Source: a virus (lineage: Duplodnaviria; Caudoviricetes). From it: a stretch of DNA of 64,000 nucleotides. Below the pieces are notes generated by a model that saw only the letters and a program-made list of their open reading frames with translations, was not told the origin of the DNA and did not search any database. A program made the position numbers and the translations under genes. Positions 1 to 6,493 of the stretch are shown here, one piece after another; the first letter of the stretch is position 1, and the number at the start of each line of letters is the position of its first letter. Where the stretch lies: the IMG/VR virus record IMGVR_UViG_3300010347_000503, positions 26,894 to 90,893 of that record. One strand, given 5' to 3'.

Positions 1-5
1 AAAAA

Positions 6-287
6 ATGGCTGCAAAAGGAAGTCAGGCAAAAGAAGAGATTACAAAGAAGATTTTGGAAGTCTTTGATGGTGCTTTCATTAACGAAAAAGAGATTCGGAT
101 TCCATGGGTTGAGAATGGAGAGATTGTGCAGATTAAAGTAGCATTAACTTGCGCAAAAGTTAATATTGAAGGCGGGGCTGGAGTTGCTCCAGTGCAGCAG
201 AATACCACGGTTTCCGCAGAGGATAGACAGATTACACCAGACGAGAAAAAAGAAGTAGACGATCTAATTACAAGACTTGGACTGTAA
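6..287 (+). CDS. hypothetical phage protein
   Basis: 93-aa ORF with phage-like codon use; next gene has an AAGGAG RBS. Confidence 0.7.
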   Translation: MAAKGSQAKEEITKKILEVFDGAFINEKEIRIPWVENGEIVQIKVALTCAKVNIEGGAGVAPVQQNTTVSAEDRQITPDEKKEVDDLITRLGL

Positions 288-299
288 GGAGAAAAAGGG

Positions 300-584
300 A
301 TGTTATTTAAAATGACGGAATGGCAATCAGCATCGGGAAATTGGTATTGTGGTTGTGTAGACAATTTAGCTGGAGATTCTGGTGCTTGGTACCTGCCAGC
401 CCGCATTTTAAATATTACTCCCGTAGCTTTTATTGAATTATTAATAACAAAATTTAAGCCAGATGATGTTTGGTACAGTAAAGAAAAATGTATTTTGGTT
501 TACTCTTGGAAAAGCCAGACTAAAATGAGAGCTTATAAAAATTGGTTGAATGCGGAAGCTCGTAAGAAAAATTTTCAAATTTAA
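300..584 (+). CDS. hypothetical phage protein
   Basis: 94-aa ORF preceded by AAGGAG/AAGGG. Confidence 0.7.
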   Translation: MLFKMTEWQSASGNWYCGCVDNLAGDSGAWYLPARILNITPVAFIELLITKFKPDDVWYSKEKCILVYSWKSQTKMRAYKNWLNAEARKKNFQI

Positions 585-636
585 TGGACAAAGATCTAAA
601 AAGTAAGTGGAGTTATTTTAATATAATAATACTTAC

Positions 637-665
637 TTGAAAAACTTAAAAATTTTTGTTATAAT
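637..665 (+). promoter_or_regulatory. sigma70/sigmaA-type promoter with extended -10
   Basis: TTGAAA-17 nt-TATAAT with TG at -15/-14; the same block recurs throughout the window. Confidence 0.8.
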
Positions 666-686
666 ATATACATAAGATAAAAAAAA

Positions 687-804
687 TGAGTGGTGGCGGA
701 AAAGGTAGACGCTAAAAGGGCTCGGTACTTGATAGGGGAGAGGCAAAGAATTTGTGTCCTATCAACACAAAATTCATGTAAGGTGCAAATCCTTACCCAC
801 TCAA
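687..804 (+). ncRNA. anticodon-less tRNA-like RNA (Leu-type D and T arms)
   Basis: Acceptor TGAGTGG/CCACTCA; D arm TGGCGGAAAAGGTAGACGC; T arm GTAAGG-TGCAAAT-CCTTAC; no anticodon stem; long arm GAATTTGTGT/ACACAAAATTC. Confidence 0.7.
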
Positions 805-807
805 TAA

Positions 808-878
808 CCACGATTAGTACAATGGTAGTGCCTCCGTCTGATACGCGGATAACGGTGGACCGTAACCACCATCGTGGA
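808..878 (+). tRNA. tRNA-Ile(GAT), atypical T-loop
   Basis: Acceptor CCACGAT/ATCGTGG; anticodon arm TCCGT-CTGATAC-GCGGA; T-loop ACCGTAA. Confidence 0.8.
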
Positions 879-949
879 GTAGACACATTAACAGCAAATG
901 TTTATAATGGTGAAGAAAATCAAATGGGTTGATTTTTAGAGTGAACTTT

Positions 950-1435
950 GAGCGAGTTTTGATTAATCACTTCTTTCTCTCGCTCTTAAAAAAAATAATA
1001 AGTTGGAAGTGGTCCTTACTGGTGGGTTGGTCATAAACCAGTCGTTTATAGAGATGCCTAGCATAGACCCTCTCACTTAGGTGCGAGAAGCCTTAAAGAC
1101 GCGCGGTCAATGCTCTCGGTAATTAAAAGGTTTCCTAACGAGGTAAATAAAAAAGGAAAGTAATAGTTTGCAAACGAAAGGTATTGGTTGGTAGCCATTG
1201 GACAGATCCAAAAATATCAACAAGATTTGAACTTCAAATCTATGAGTATCACGGCTAACGAAGAAATTTCACGCCGGTCGGAATGAGAAATTTCAGGCGG
1301 TCTTGCGGAAGACAAGGTTGAGTGACTCTGAAATCTTCCTTTATTATGCTCTGCCCCCCGCAAAGGGCAAGTAAAGAATGGGATGCGGCGGTGTCTCCTA
1401 TGGAGGAGCCTGATACACCGGTCACAAATTCAGGC
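950..1435 (+). ncRNA. candidate large structured ncRNA between tRNAs
   Basis: No credible ORF, GC above background, many hairpins (e.g. AGATTTGAACTTCAAATCT, ATTTCAG/CTGAAAT, GGTGTC..GATACACC). Confidence 0.45.
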
Positions 1436-1439
1436 ATAT

Positions 1440-1517
1440 GGTCCCTGAGTCTGCGGTAGGCGTGGACGCCGCCCTGTCACGGCGGAAACTAGACGGGTTC
1501 GACCCCCGTAGGGATCG
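1440..1517 (+). tRNA. tRNA-Asp(GTC)
   Basis: Acceptor GGTCCCT/AGGGATC; CCGCC-CTGTCAC-GGCGG; T-loop TTCGACC. Confidence 0.85.
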
Positions 1518-1528
1518 TTTAAAAATTT

Positions 1529-1600
1529 GGTTGCGTAGTGTAGCGGTTAACACGCCTGACTGTCTCTCAGGTAGCGTGGGTTCGAATCCCACCGTGATCG
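1529..1600 (+). tRNA. tRNA-Asp(GTC)
   Basis: Acceptor GGTTGCG/CGTGATC; CCTGA-CTGTCTC-TCAGG; TTCGAAT. Confidence 0.85.
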
Positions 1601-1601
1601 T

Positions 1602-1739
1602 TTTGCAGTAGCTCAATTGGAAGAGCGCTAGATGGTCTAATCTAGGTCACATTGACGATACGTCATAGTTAGAGCCAATGGATTAGTCACCCATTTAGGT
1701 TTCGGTATGATGGTGCGGGTTCGAGTCCCGCCTGCATAG
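1602..1739 (+). ncRNA. tRNA-like RNA with about 70-nt expanded variable region
   Basis: D arm GCTC-AATTGGAA-GAGC; T arm GCGGG-TTCGAGT-CCCGC; acceptor TTTGCAG/CTGCATA; non-canonical CTAGAT/ATCTAG arm followed by extra hairpins. Confidence 0.6.
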
Positions 1740-1742
1740 TTA

Positions 1743-1823
1743 GGGAGTTGAGCAATAAGACCATCCGGTTGGTAAGGCAGTAAGCCTCTGTAGAAAGAGG
1801 CGGGGTAGTACCCGCAACTCTTC
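1743..1823 (+). ncRNA. small tRNA-like structured RNA
   Basis: Terminal stem GGGAGTT/AACTCTT; hairpins CCTCT/AGAGG and GCGGG-GTAGTA-CCCGC; no D or anticodon consensus. Confidence 0.4.
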
Positions 1824-1833
1824 CTCTCTATAT

Positions 1834-1905
1834 TGGGGTATAGTACAACGGTTAGTGCAGGCGTCTTATAAGCGTCTAACCTGGGTCCGACTCCCAGTAC
1901 CCCGA
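1834..1905 (+). tRNA. tRNA-Ile(TAT)
   Basis: Acceptor TGGGGTA/TACCCCG; GGCGT-CTTATAA-GCGTC. Confidence 0.85.
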
Positions 1906-1918
1906 CTAAAAAAGTTAT

Positions 1919-1947
1919 TTGACATTTCTTAAAAATTATGATATGAT
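1919..1947 (+). promoter_or_regulatory. sigmaA-type promoter
   Basis: TTGACA-17-TATGAT with TG extension. Confidence 0.8.
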
Positions 1948-1982
1948 ATATATATCAAAAGAAAAAATAAGAGGTGATAAAA

Positions 1983-2285
1983 ATGATTGTTGCTATTCAT
2001 GCATATGAAGAAATTTATGGTGGATTACATGGAATTGAAGATTATCTTGTTACTGAAGTAAAAGATTTAAAAATAGCAGAAGATATTGCATCAGATTTAG
2101 CTTATAATGTAGTTGAGGATTATTCTTATAATTTTGATGAAGAAGATTTAGAAGATCCTGAATTATGTTGGGAAATCTATGAAATAATTGATACAAAAGG
2201 TAAAACTGTAGAAAAATTGAATATTGAATATCATTATGATTCAGAGGGTTTTCTTACTGAATATAATTGCGTTCAAGTAGTTTAA
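1983..2285 (+). CDS. hypothetical acidic protein, paralog of 6030..6335
   Basis: N-terminus MIVAIHAYEEIYGGLH matches MIVAIHVYMETFHGFH; GAGG RBS. Confidence 0.75.
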   Translation: MIVAIHAYEEIYGGLHGIEDYLVTEVKDLKIAEDIASDLAYNVVEDYSYNFDEEDLEDPELCWEIYEIIDTKGKTVEKLNIEYHYDSEGFLTEYNCVQVV

Positions 2286-2293
2286 AAAGTTAT

Positions 2294-2322
2294 TTGACAT
2301 TTTAAAAAAAATATGATATAAT
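2294..2322 (+). promoter_or_regulatory. sigmaA-type promoter
   Basis: TTGACA-17-TATAAT with TG extension. Confidence 0.85.
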
Positions 2323-2344
2323 ATATATATCAAAAGAAAAAATT

Positions 2345-2585
2345 GGGGAGTTACCATTTAAAGAGCCTATCTTCCCCCTTACAAGCGCAAAGTAAGGTTA
2401 TTAAAAAGACTTGGAAAGTCGAAAAGGGAGATTAACCGCTACATTACAATTCCGGTGCGGTATATAAAATGCGGAAAGCACTGCCCGAGTACGGGGTGCG
2501 GTGAACTAATCTGCATAGGTTGTGACTGGTGTAATTTTTGCACGATGCAGAGATTTAAGGGTTTCAAGCGGAAAAGAAACGGGCT
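2345..2585 (+). ncRNA. candidate structured ncRNA
   Basis: Follows a promoter; stems CCTTAC/GTAAGG, ACCGC/GCGGT, CCCG-AGTA-CGGG, TCTGCAT/ATGCAGA, GGTTTC/GAAACC; no RBS-led ORF. Confidence 0.45.
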
Positions 2586-2588
2586 TAT

Positions 2589-2661
2589 GGCGGATTCGTC
2601 TAGCGGCTTAGGATCCCTGATTCTCAGTCAGGGGACATTGGTTCGAATCCAATATCCGTCA
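2589..2661 (+). tRNA. tRNA-Glu(CTC)
   Basis: Acceptor GGCGGAT/ATCCGTC; CCTGA-TTCTCAG-TCAGG. Confidence 0.9.
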
Positions 2662-2912
2662 TTTCCACAGAGCATAGAAACCAAAGTGGAGTATTGTAGC
2701 ATCCCCCTTTATGGCTGAACAAATAACTCGCTTTCCATAAGAAAGAGAATCAGGACTGGGTGTAAAGCTGACTTGGTAGGCTATGGTGGATAAAAACTGG
2801 ATACTGCGGAGAAAACCTGTTCTAACCAGTATAAAAAAGTAACAACAACCGCTTACTCAGAGCGTATAGATGGGGTGGAGGGTTTGCTAGTTTTCCTAGG
2901 TAAAAACTAGTA
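2662..2912 (+). ncRNA. candidate structured ncRNA
   Basis: ORF-free, GC above background; stems TCCAC/GTGGA, CTAGTTTT/AAAACTAG, ACTGG/CCAGT. Confidence 0.35.
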
Positions 2913-2915
2913 TAT

Positions 2916-2987
2916 GGCGGGTTCGACAAGTGGCTAAGTCGCGTCTCTTTCACGGACGAGTCAGGGGTTCGATCCCCCTACCCGCTA
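2916..2987 (+). tRNA. tRNA-Glu(TTC)
   Basis: Acceptor GGCGGGT/ACCCGCT; CGTCT-CTTTCAC-GGACG. Confidence 0.9.
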
Positions 2988-3059
2988 CGCAGAATGTTAA
3001 GTTCTGTCGCTTACCTCTTTTCTCTGGCTGGGCGACCAGTTAAAAAACGCCTATATTAT

Positions 3060-3132
3060 CGCGGGTTGGAGTAATTGGAAACTCACTTGCCTCATACGCA
3101 AGAGATTGCAGGTCCGAGTCCTGTGCCCGCAA
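3060..3132 (+). tRNA. tRNA-Met(CAT), C1:A72 mismatch (initiator-like) but no three G:C anticodon pairs
   Basis: CGCGGGT/GCCCGCA; CTTGC-CTCATAC-GCAAG. Confidence 0.85.
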
Positions 3133-3135
3133 TTA

Positions 3136-3247
3136 AAGACTCTAACAGCAATTTTGCTGGCTCCTAGCCAGGGTAGTCTAAAGGTTAAGACATTCAACAT
3201 TAAATTGAAAAATAGTGGTTCGAATCCACCCCCTTAAATAAGTCTTG
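3136..3247 (+). repeat. stem-ACAGCAA-stem cassette enclosing a degenerate tRNA
   Basis: AAGACT-CTAACAGCAA...AGTCTTG; inside are D arm GTCT/AGAC, TTCAA-CATTAAA-TTGAA and GTGG-TTCGAAT-CCAC; acceptor only 4 bp. Confidence 0.6.
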
Positions 3248-3256
3248 TAATAATAA

Positions 3257-3285
3257 TTGACATTAATAAAAAATTATGATATAAT
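3257..3285 (+). promoter_or_regulatory. sigmaA-type promoter
   Basis: TTGACA-17-TATAAT with TG extension. Confidence 0.85.
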
Positions 3286-3315
3286 ATTTATATAATAAAA
3301 TAAAAGGAGAGAAAA

Positions 3316-3444
3316 ATGATAAAGACAGAAAAGTTAGCATTAATTAAGGATAGATATAATAAGTTGGCGGGAACCCCGAAGAATGTAAAGGCGCCGGGTG
3401 TAGTGCGAAAATTGGCAAGACAAATTCGTAATATGGAAAAGTAA
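3316..3444 (+). CDS. small basic hypothetical protein (42 aa, missing from ORF track)
   Basis: AAGGAG RBS after a promoter; MIKTEKLALIKDRYNKLAGTPKNVKAPGVVRKLARQIRNMEK. Confidence 0.65.
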   Translation: MIKTEKLALIKDRYNKLAGTPKNVKAPGVVRKLARQIRNMEK

Positions 3445-3769
3445 AAATATTAGGAAGCGTTTGTTGTGAAAGGCAACTTGGTACAATAGTCCAATAACTA
3501 TTGATAGTGTGAGATAGAGCTTTGAGTCTTATGACTCCGCAGGCAGCGCAGGAATCACTCATGCATACCCTCTGTGGATAAAGGCTCTAATATATTTAAG
3601 CGGAAGATAATTAATCTTTCGTATATTACTTAGCACTGAAGTTATGCGGTGTACGAGGGTGACGCAAACAGGTCTTATTCTTTGCTTCGTTATAAAAAAC
3701 CTACTTTCTCCGAAATGAGAAAATAAAACTATTCTAATTCAAACAATAAGATAAGAGTTAGAGATTCAC

Positions 3770-3854
3770 GGGCGTGTGCCGAAACTGGAGAGACGGAGCG
3801 GATTTAAAATCCGCTACATTAGAAACGCTGTGGGTTCGAATCCCACCACGCCTA
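3770..3854 (+). tRNA. tRNA-Leu(TAA)
   Basis: GGGCGTG/CACGCCT; GCGGA-TTTAAAA-TCCGC; long variable arm. Confidence 0.9.
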
Positions 3855-3860
3855 CTTAAT

Positions 3861-3932
3861 GCAGTCATAGTTTAACGGTTAGAATTGGTGCTTGCCATGC
3901 ACCGGATACGAGTTCAATTCTCGTTGGCTGCT
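3861..3932 (+). tRNA. tRNA-Gly(GCC)
   Basis: GCAGTCA/TGGCTGC; GGTGC-TTGCCAT-GCACC. Confidence 0.9.
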
Positions 3933-3957
3933 TAATCTTAATATTGGAATAAGATAT

Positions 3958-4031
3958 GCCCGACTACCCCAACTGGCAGAGGGATATGATTAAGGGTCAT
4001 AGCAGTCTGGATTCGAATTCCAGGTCGGGCA
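3958..4031 (+). tRNA. tRNA-Leu(AAG), short variable arm
   Basis: GCCCGAC/GTCGGGC; TATGA-TTAAGGG-TCATA; TTCGAAT. Confidence 0.75.
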
Positions 4032-4152
4032 TTTATAAAAAAATTTATAATCGAATAAAGTGACTGTCGTAATAGACCTGGTCCACCACCTGATACTTAA
4101 AGTCGGGGAACTCCAGAGGAAGTCCTCTGCAAGGCGGGTTGAGCCGCCAAAT

Positions 4153-4223
4153 AGGCCTCTGGTGTAACGGTAGCATACGCGGCTCCAACCCGCTTGGTCA
4201 GGGTTCGAATCCTTGGGGGCCTG
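4153..4223 (+). tRNA. tRNA-Trp(CCA)
   Basis: AGGCCTC/GGGGCCT; GCGG-CTCCAAC-CCGC. Confidence 0.9.
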
Positions 4224-4234
4224 GTTAATATAAT

Positions 4235-4325
4235 AGGGGTGTAGCATAATGGTTAATGCAGCTGTCTCTAAAACAGCCAGGTGCGTCCAAACCACCGGAT
4301 GTGGGTTTAAATCCTACCACCCCTG
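4235..4325 (+). tRNA. amber suppressor tRNA (CTA), long variable arm, G73 (Ser-like body)
   Basis: AGGGGTG/CACCCCT; GCTGT-CTCTAAA-ACAGC, anticodon at 4268-4270; variable arm GGTG/CACC. Confidence 0.85.
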
Positions 4326-4328
4326 TAT

Positions 4329-4440
4329 CGAGAGGTAGTTTAATGGCAGAACGCTGTTTTTGAATTTAGAAATAAATTTTTACAGCAGTTTCTTTTTGCT
4401 TGGGGAGCCGGTAATGCAGGTTTGAATCCTGCCCTTTCGA
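4329..4440 (+). tRNA. tRNA-Pro(GGG) interrupted by about 41 nt in the anticodon stem
   Basis: CGAGAGG/CCTTTCG, A73; removing 4357..4397 restores CTGGC-TTGGGGA-GCCGG. Confidence 0.65.
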
Positions 4441-4489
4441 TTAAGAGCTTTATAGGAAAAAGGGGTTGGTACCTCCTATATAAAAATTA

Positions 4490-4581
4490 ACCTAAGTCTA
4501 ATTATTAATACCAACAGTAATTAGATAAGCGACGGACAGTTCGGGTTGATGTGTATATGGGTTCGATTCCCATCTTAAGTA
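4490..4581 (+). ncRNA. possible tRNA-like RNA (T arm plus acceptor only)
   Basis: ATGGG-TTCGATT-CCCAT followed by CTTAAGT, which pairs imperfectly with ACCTAAG; long hairpin TCTAATTA/TAATTAGA instead of a D arm. Confidence 0.3.
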
Positions 4582-4597
4582 ACTGAGTCTTGTTTAT

Positions 4598-4684
4598 ACG
4601 GGTTTACTCTAATTGGTAAGAGACTGGTCTTGAAAACCAGCGTAGCTGTCAAAGGCGATCGGGGTTCGAGTCCCTGAGCCCGTG
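4598..4684 (+). tRNA. tRNA-Ser(TGA)
   Basis: ACGGGTT/AGCCCGT; CTGGT-CTTGAAA-ACCAG; long variable arm. Confidence 0.9.
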
Positions 4685-4740
4685 GTTAAAGAGAGGGAGG
4701 AGTTTCAGAAGCGCTGCTATCTGGGGCTTTTTTCTTTTAT

Positions 4741-4772
4741 GTGCTGAAAATATTTATTTTCAGCACTTTTTT
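4741..4772 (+). terminator. intrinsic terminator ending the tRNA run
   Basis: GTGCTGAAAA/TTTTCAGCAC stem followed by a T-run. Confidence 0.7.
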
Positions 4773-4969
4773 ATTTAGAATAAAGTTACAATAATCTGCT
4801 CGGGCGGCAAACGTGCGTCACGTGGGAAACAATTAGGTGTTTTGACTTTTTTCAAGGCAATTTTTATTATTGGACAATTTTAGAAATAAGGTCTCCCGCG
4901 ATTTTTATATTTTAATAAAGAATATACTCTTTTATAACAGAGTCAATTTATTAAAAGGAGGAAACAATA

Positions 4970-5149
4970 ATGTTTAAAATAATATCTAACCTTGAAGCTG
5001 GAGTTGTTGAGATTATGGCAGATGAAAGATCAGATATAGATAATTTACCAGATACTTCAGAAGTAAGTATGGGAAGTAATTGTCTTGTAATTGAAGATGG
5101 TTCTGTATGGATTCTCAATAGCGAGGATGAATGGGTTGAAATTGAATAA
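4970..5149 (+). CDS. small acidic hypothetical protein (59 aa, missing from ORF track)
   Basis: AAGGAGG RBS; MFKIISNLEAGVVEIMADERSDIDNLP...EWVEIE. Confidence 0.7.
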   Translation: MFKIISNLEAGVVEIMADERSDIDNLPDTSEVSMGSNCLVIEDGSVWILNSEDEWVEIE

Positions 5150-5181
5150 ATAAATCTGTATAGAAAGGAGATTTATTTATT

Positions 5182-5973
5182 ATGAAAATAGAAGGAAATA
5201 TAAAACAATTATTTTATATAGATATAATAGATACAAATAGATGGATTCAAAAAGGTTTTGATAAAGACGGAATAAAATTTGAAGATAGAGAAATTAAGGA
5301 TATTCAAGGAACTCTTTGCACAATGAAATACGCAATAATAAGATTCAATAAAAATGCACAAGGACAATCTCAAGCTAGCGGAAAAGGAGGGGTTGTAAAA
5401 ATAGGTTACTCTTGTAGACCTTCTATTACTAGATTTCCTATATTTTTAACTTATCCTAATGATGCAAATGAATATTGTATTTATATAGGAAAAACTGGAT
5501 TATTTGAATCTCAAACTGATACTTGGATGGATGTAAATAACGAAGATCCAAAAGCAAGAGAAGAGCAAGTAAGTGTTGTAGAAGTAACTTCTATAGCGAT
5601 TCCATGGGCCTATCCTAATGGAATTACTACTTTTAATGAATTTGAATCAATTATTGACTATGTTGAATCAACTGATAAAGAAGGCACTTATAATATAAAA
5701 AATCAACCAGATCCATATAATCATTCTATAAAGCCTATTGTAACTAATAGAGATTTTTCTTGTAGACAACATATTATAGCTTATGTTGATTCAGAAGATC
5801 GTTTTATTTTTAAAGTAAAAGCAAAAAAACCATCATTAAAATGTAATAACTGTCAAGAAGGAGTTCATGCAACGGTAAATGCTGATAATGAAACTGCTTA
5901 TTTTTATAGTATATGTAAACAGCATATATATTTTTCAGGTGCAAGAGAAACTTTTTCTGTAAATTTTATTTGA
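5182..5973 (+). CDS. hypothetical protein
   Basis: 263-aa ORF, AAGGAG RBS. Confidence 0.75.
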   Translation: MKIEGNIKQLFYIDIIDTNRWIQKGFDKDGIKFEDREIKDIQGTLCTMKYAIIRFNKNAQGQSQASGKGGVVKIGYSCRPSITRFPIFLTYPNDANEYCIYIGKTGLFESQTDTWMDVNNEDPKAREEQVSVVEVTSIAIPWAYPNGITTFNEFESIIDYVESTDKEGTYNIKNQPDPYNHSIKPIVTNRDFSCRQHIIAYVDSEDRFIFKVKAKKPSLKCNNCQEGVHATVNADNETAYFYSICKQHIYFSGARETFSVNFI

Positions 5974-6029
5974 TTTTTTAAAAAATTTTTGATATAATAT
6001 ATATATCAAATGAAAAAAGAGGAAAAAAT

Positions 6030-6335
6030 ATGATAGTAGCTATTCACGTATATATGGAAACATTTCATGGATTTCATGAACTAGATGATTATACTATTAA
6101 AAAAGTAAATGATGTTTTTGAAGCAGATGACCTAGCGAATAATATATGCGAAATTATTATTAAAAAATGTATTGATGATGAATATGATATTAATGATTGT
6201 GATATTGATTATGAAATTTATGAATTAGAGTTAGATAAACTACCTATTGGAAAAGAACTTTGTGATTTAGCTCAAAATTTTTCTCTTGATAAAGGTAATT
6301 TTTTAAAAATGTATAATGCAAAAAGGTTGTTTTAA
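6030..6335 (+). CDS. hypothetical acidic protein, paralog of 1983..2285
   Basis: Shared MIVAIH N-terminus; preceded by the same promoter block. Confidence 0.75.
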   Translation: MIVAIHVYMETFHGFHELDDYTIKKVNDVFEADDLANNICEIIIKKCIDDEYDINDCDIDYEIYELELDKLPIGKELCDLAQNFSLDKGNFLKMYNAKRLF

Positions 6336-6392
6336 AAAATTATTTGATATTTTTAAAAATTTATGATATAATAAATATGTAATAAAAAAGAA

Positions 6393-6452
6393 AAGGCACC
6401 TACAGCAAATTTATTTTATACTTCTACTTTTAATAGTAAATTTTGTGCCTTG
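6393..6452 (+). repeat. stem-ACAGCAA-stem cassette with Lys-like anticodon hairpin
   Basis: AAGGCAC-CTACAGCAA...GTGCCTTG; inside is TTCTA-CTTTTAA-TAGTA. Confidence 0.6.
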
Positions 6453-6493
6453 ACAATCGGGGTGTAAGTCAGTTGGTAGACTGCGTGATTTGG

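Noticed and set aside
2988-3055. HDV-like (theta) ribozymes downstream of tRNAs
   Set aside because: I could not build the nested double pseudoknot by hand after any tRNA, including the suppressor; a motif search would be needed to exclude it
4110-4150. RNase P RNA suggested by GAGGAAGTCC
   Set aside because: Lacks the full GAGGAAAGTCC/P4 partner, and the available space (about 120 nt) is too short
690-4295. ORF-track ORFs at 690..932, 1255..1437, 1422..1616, 2455..2718, 3344..3562 and 3990..4295
   Set aside because: They overlap tRNAs or structured RNAs, and lack an RBS and phage-like composition
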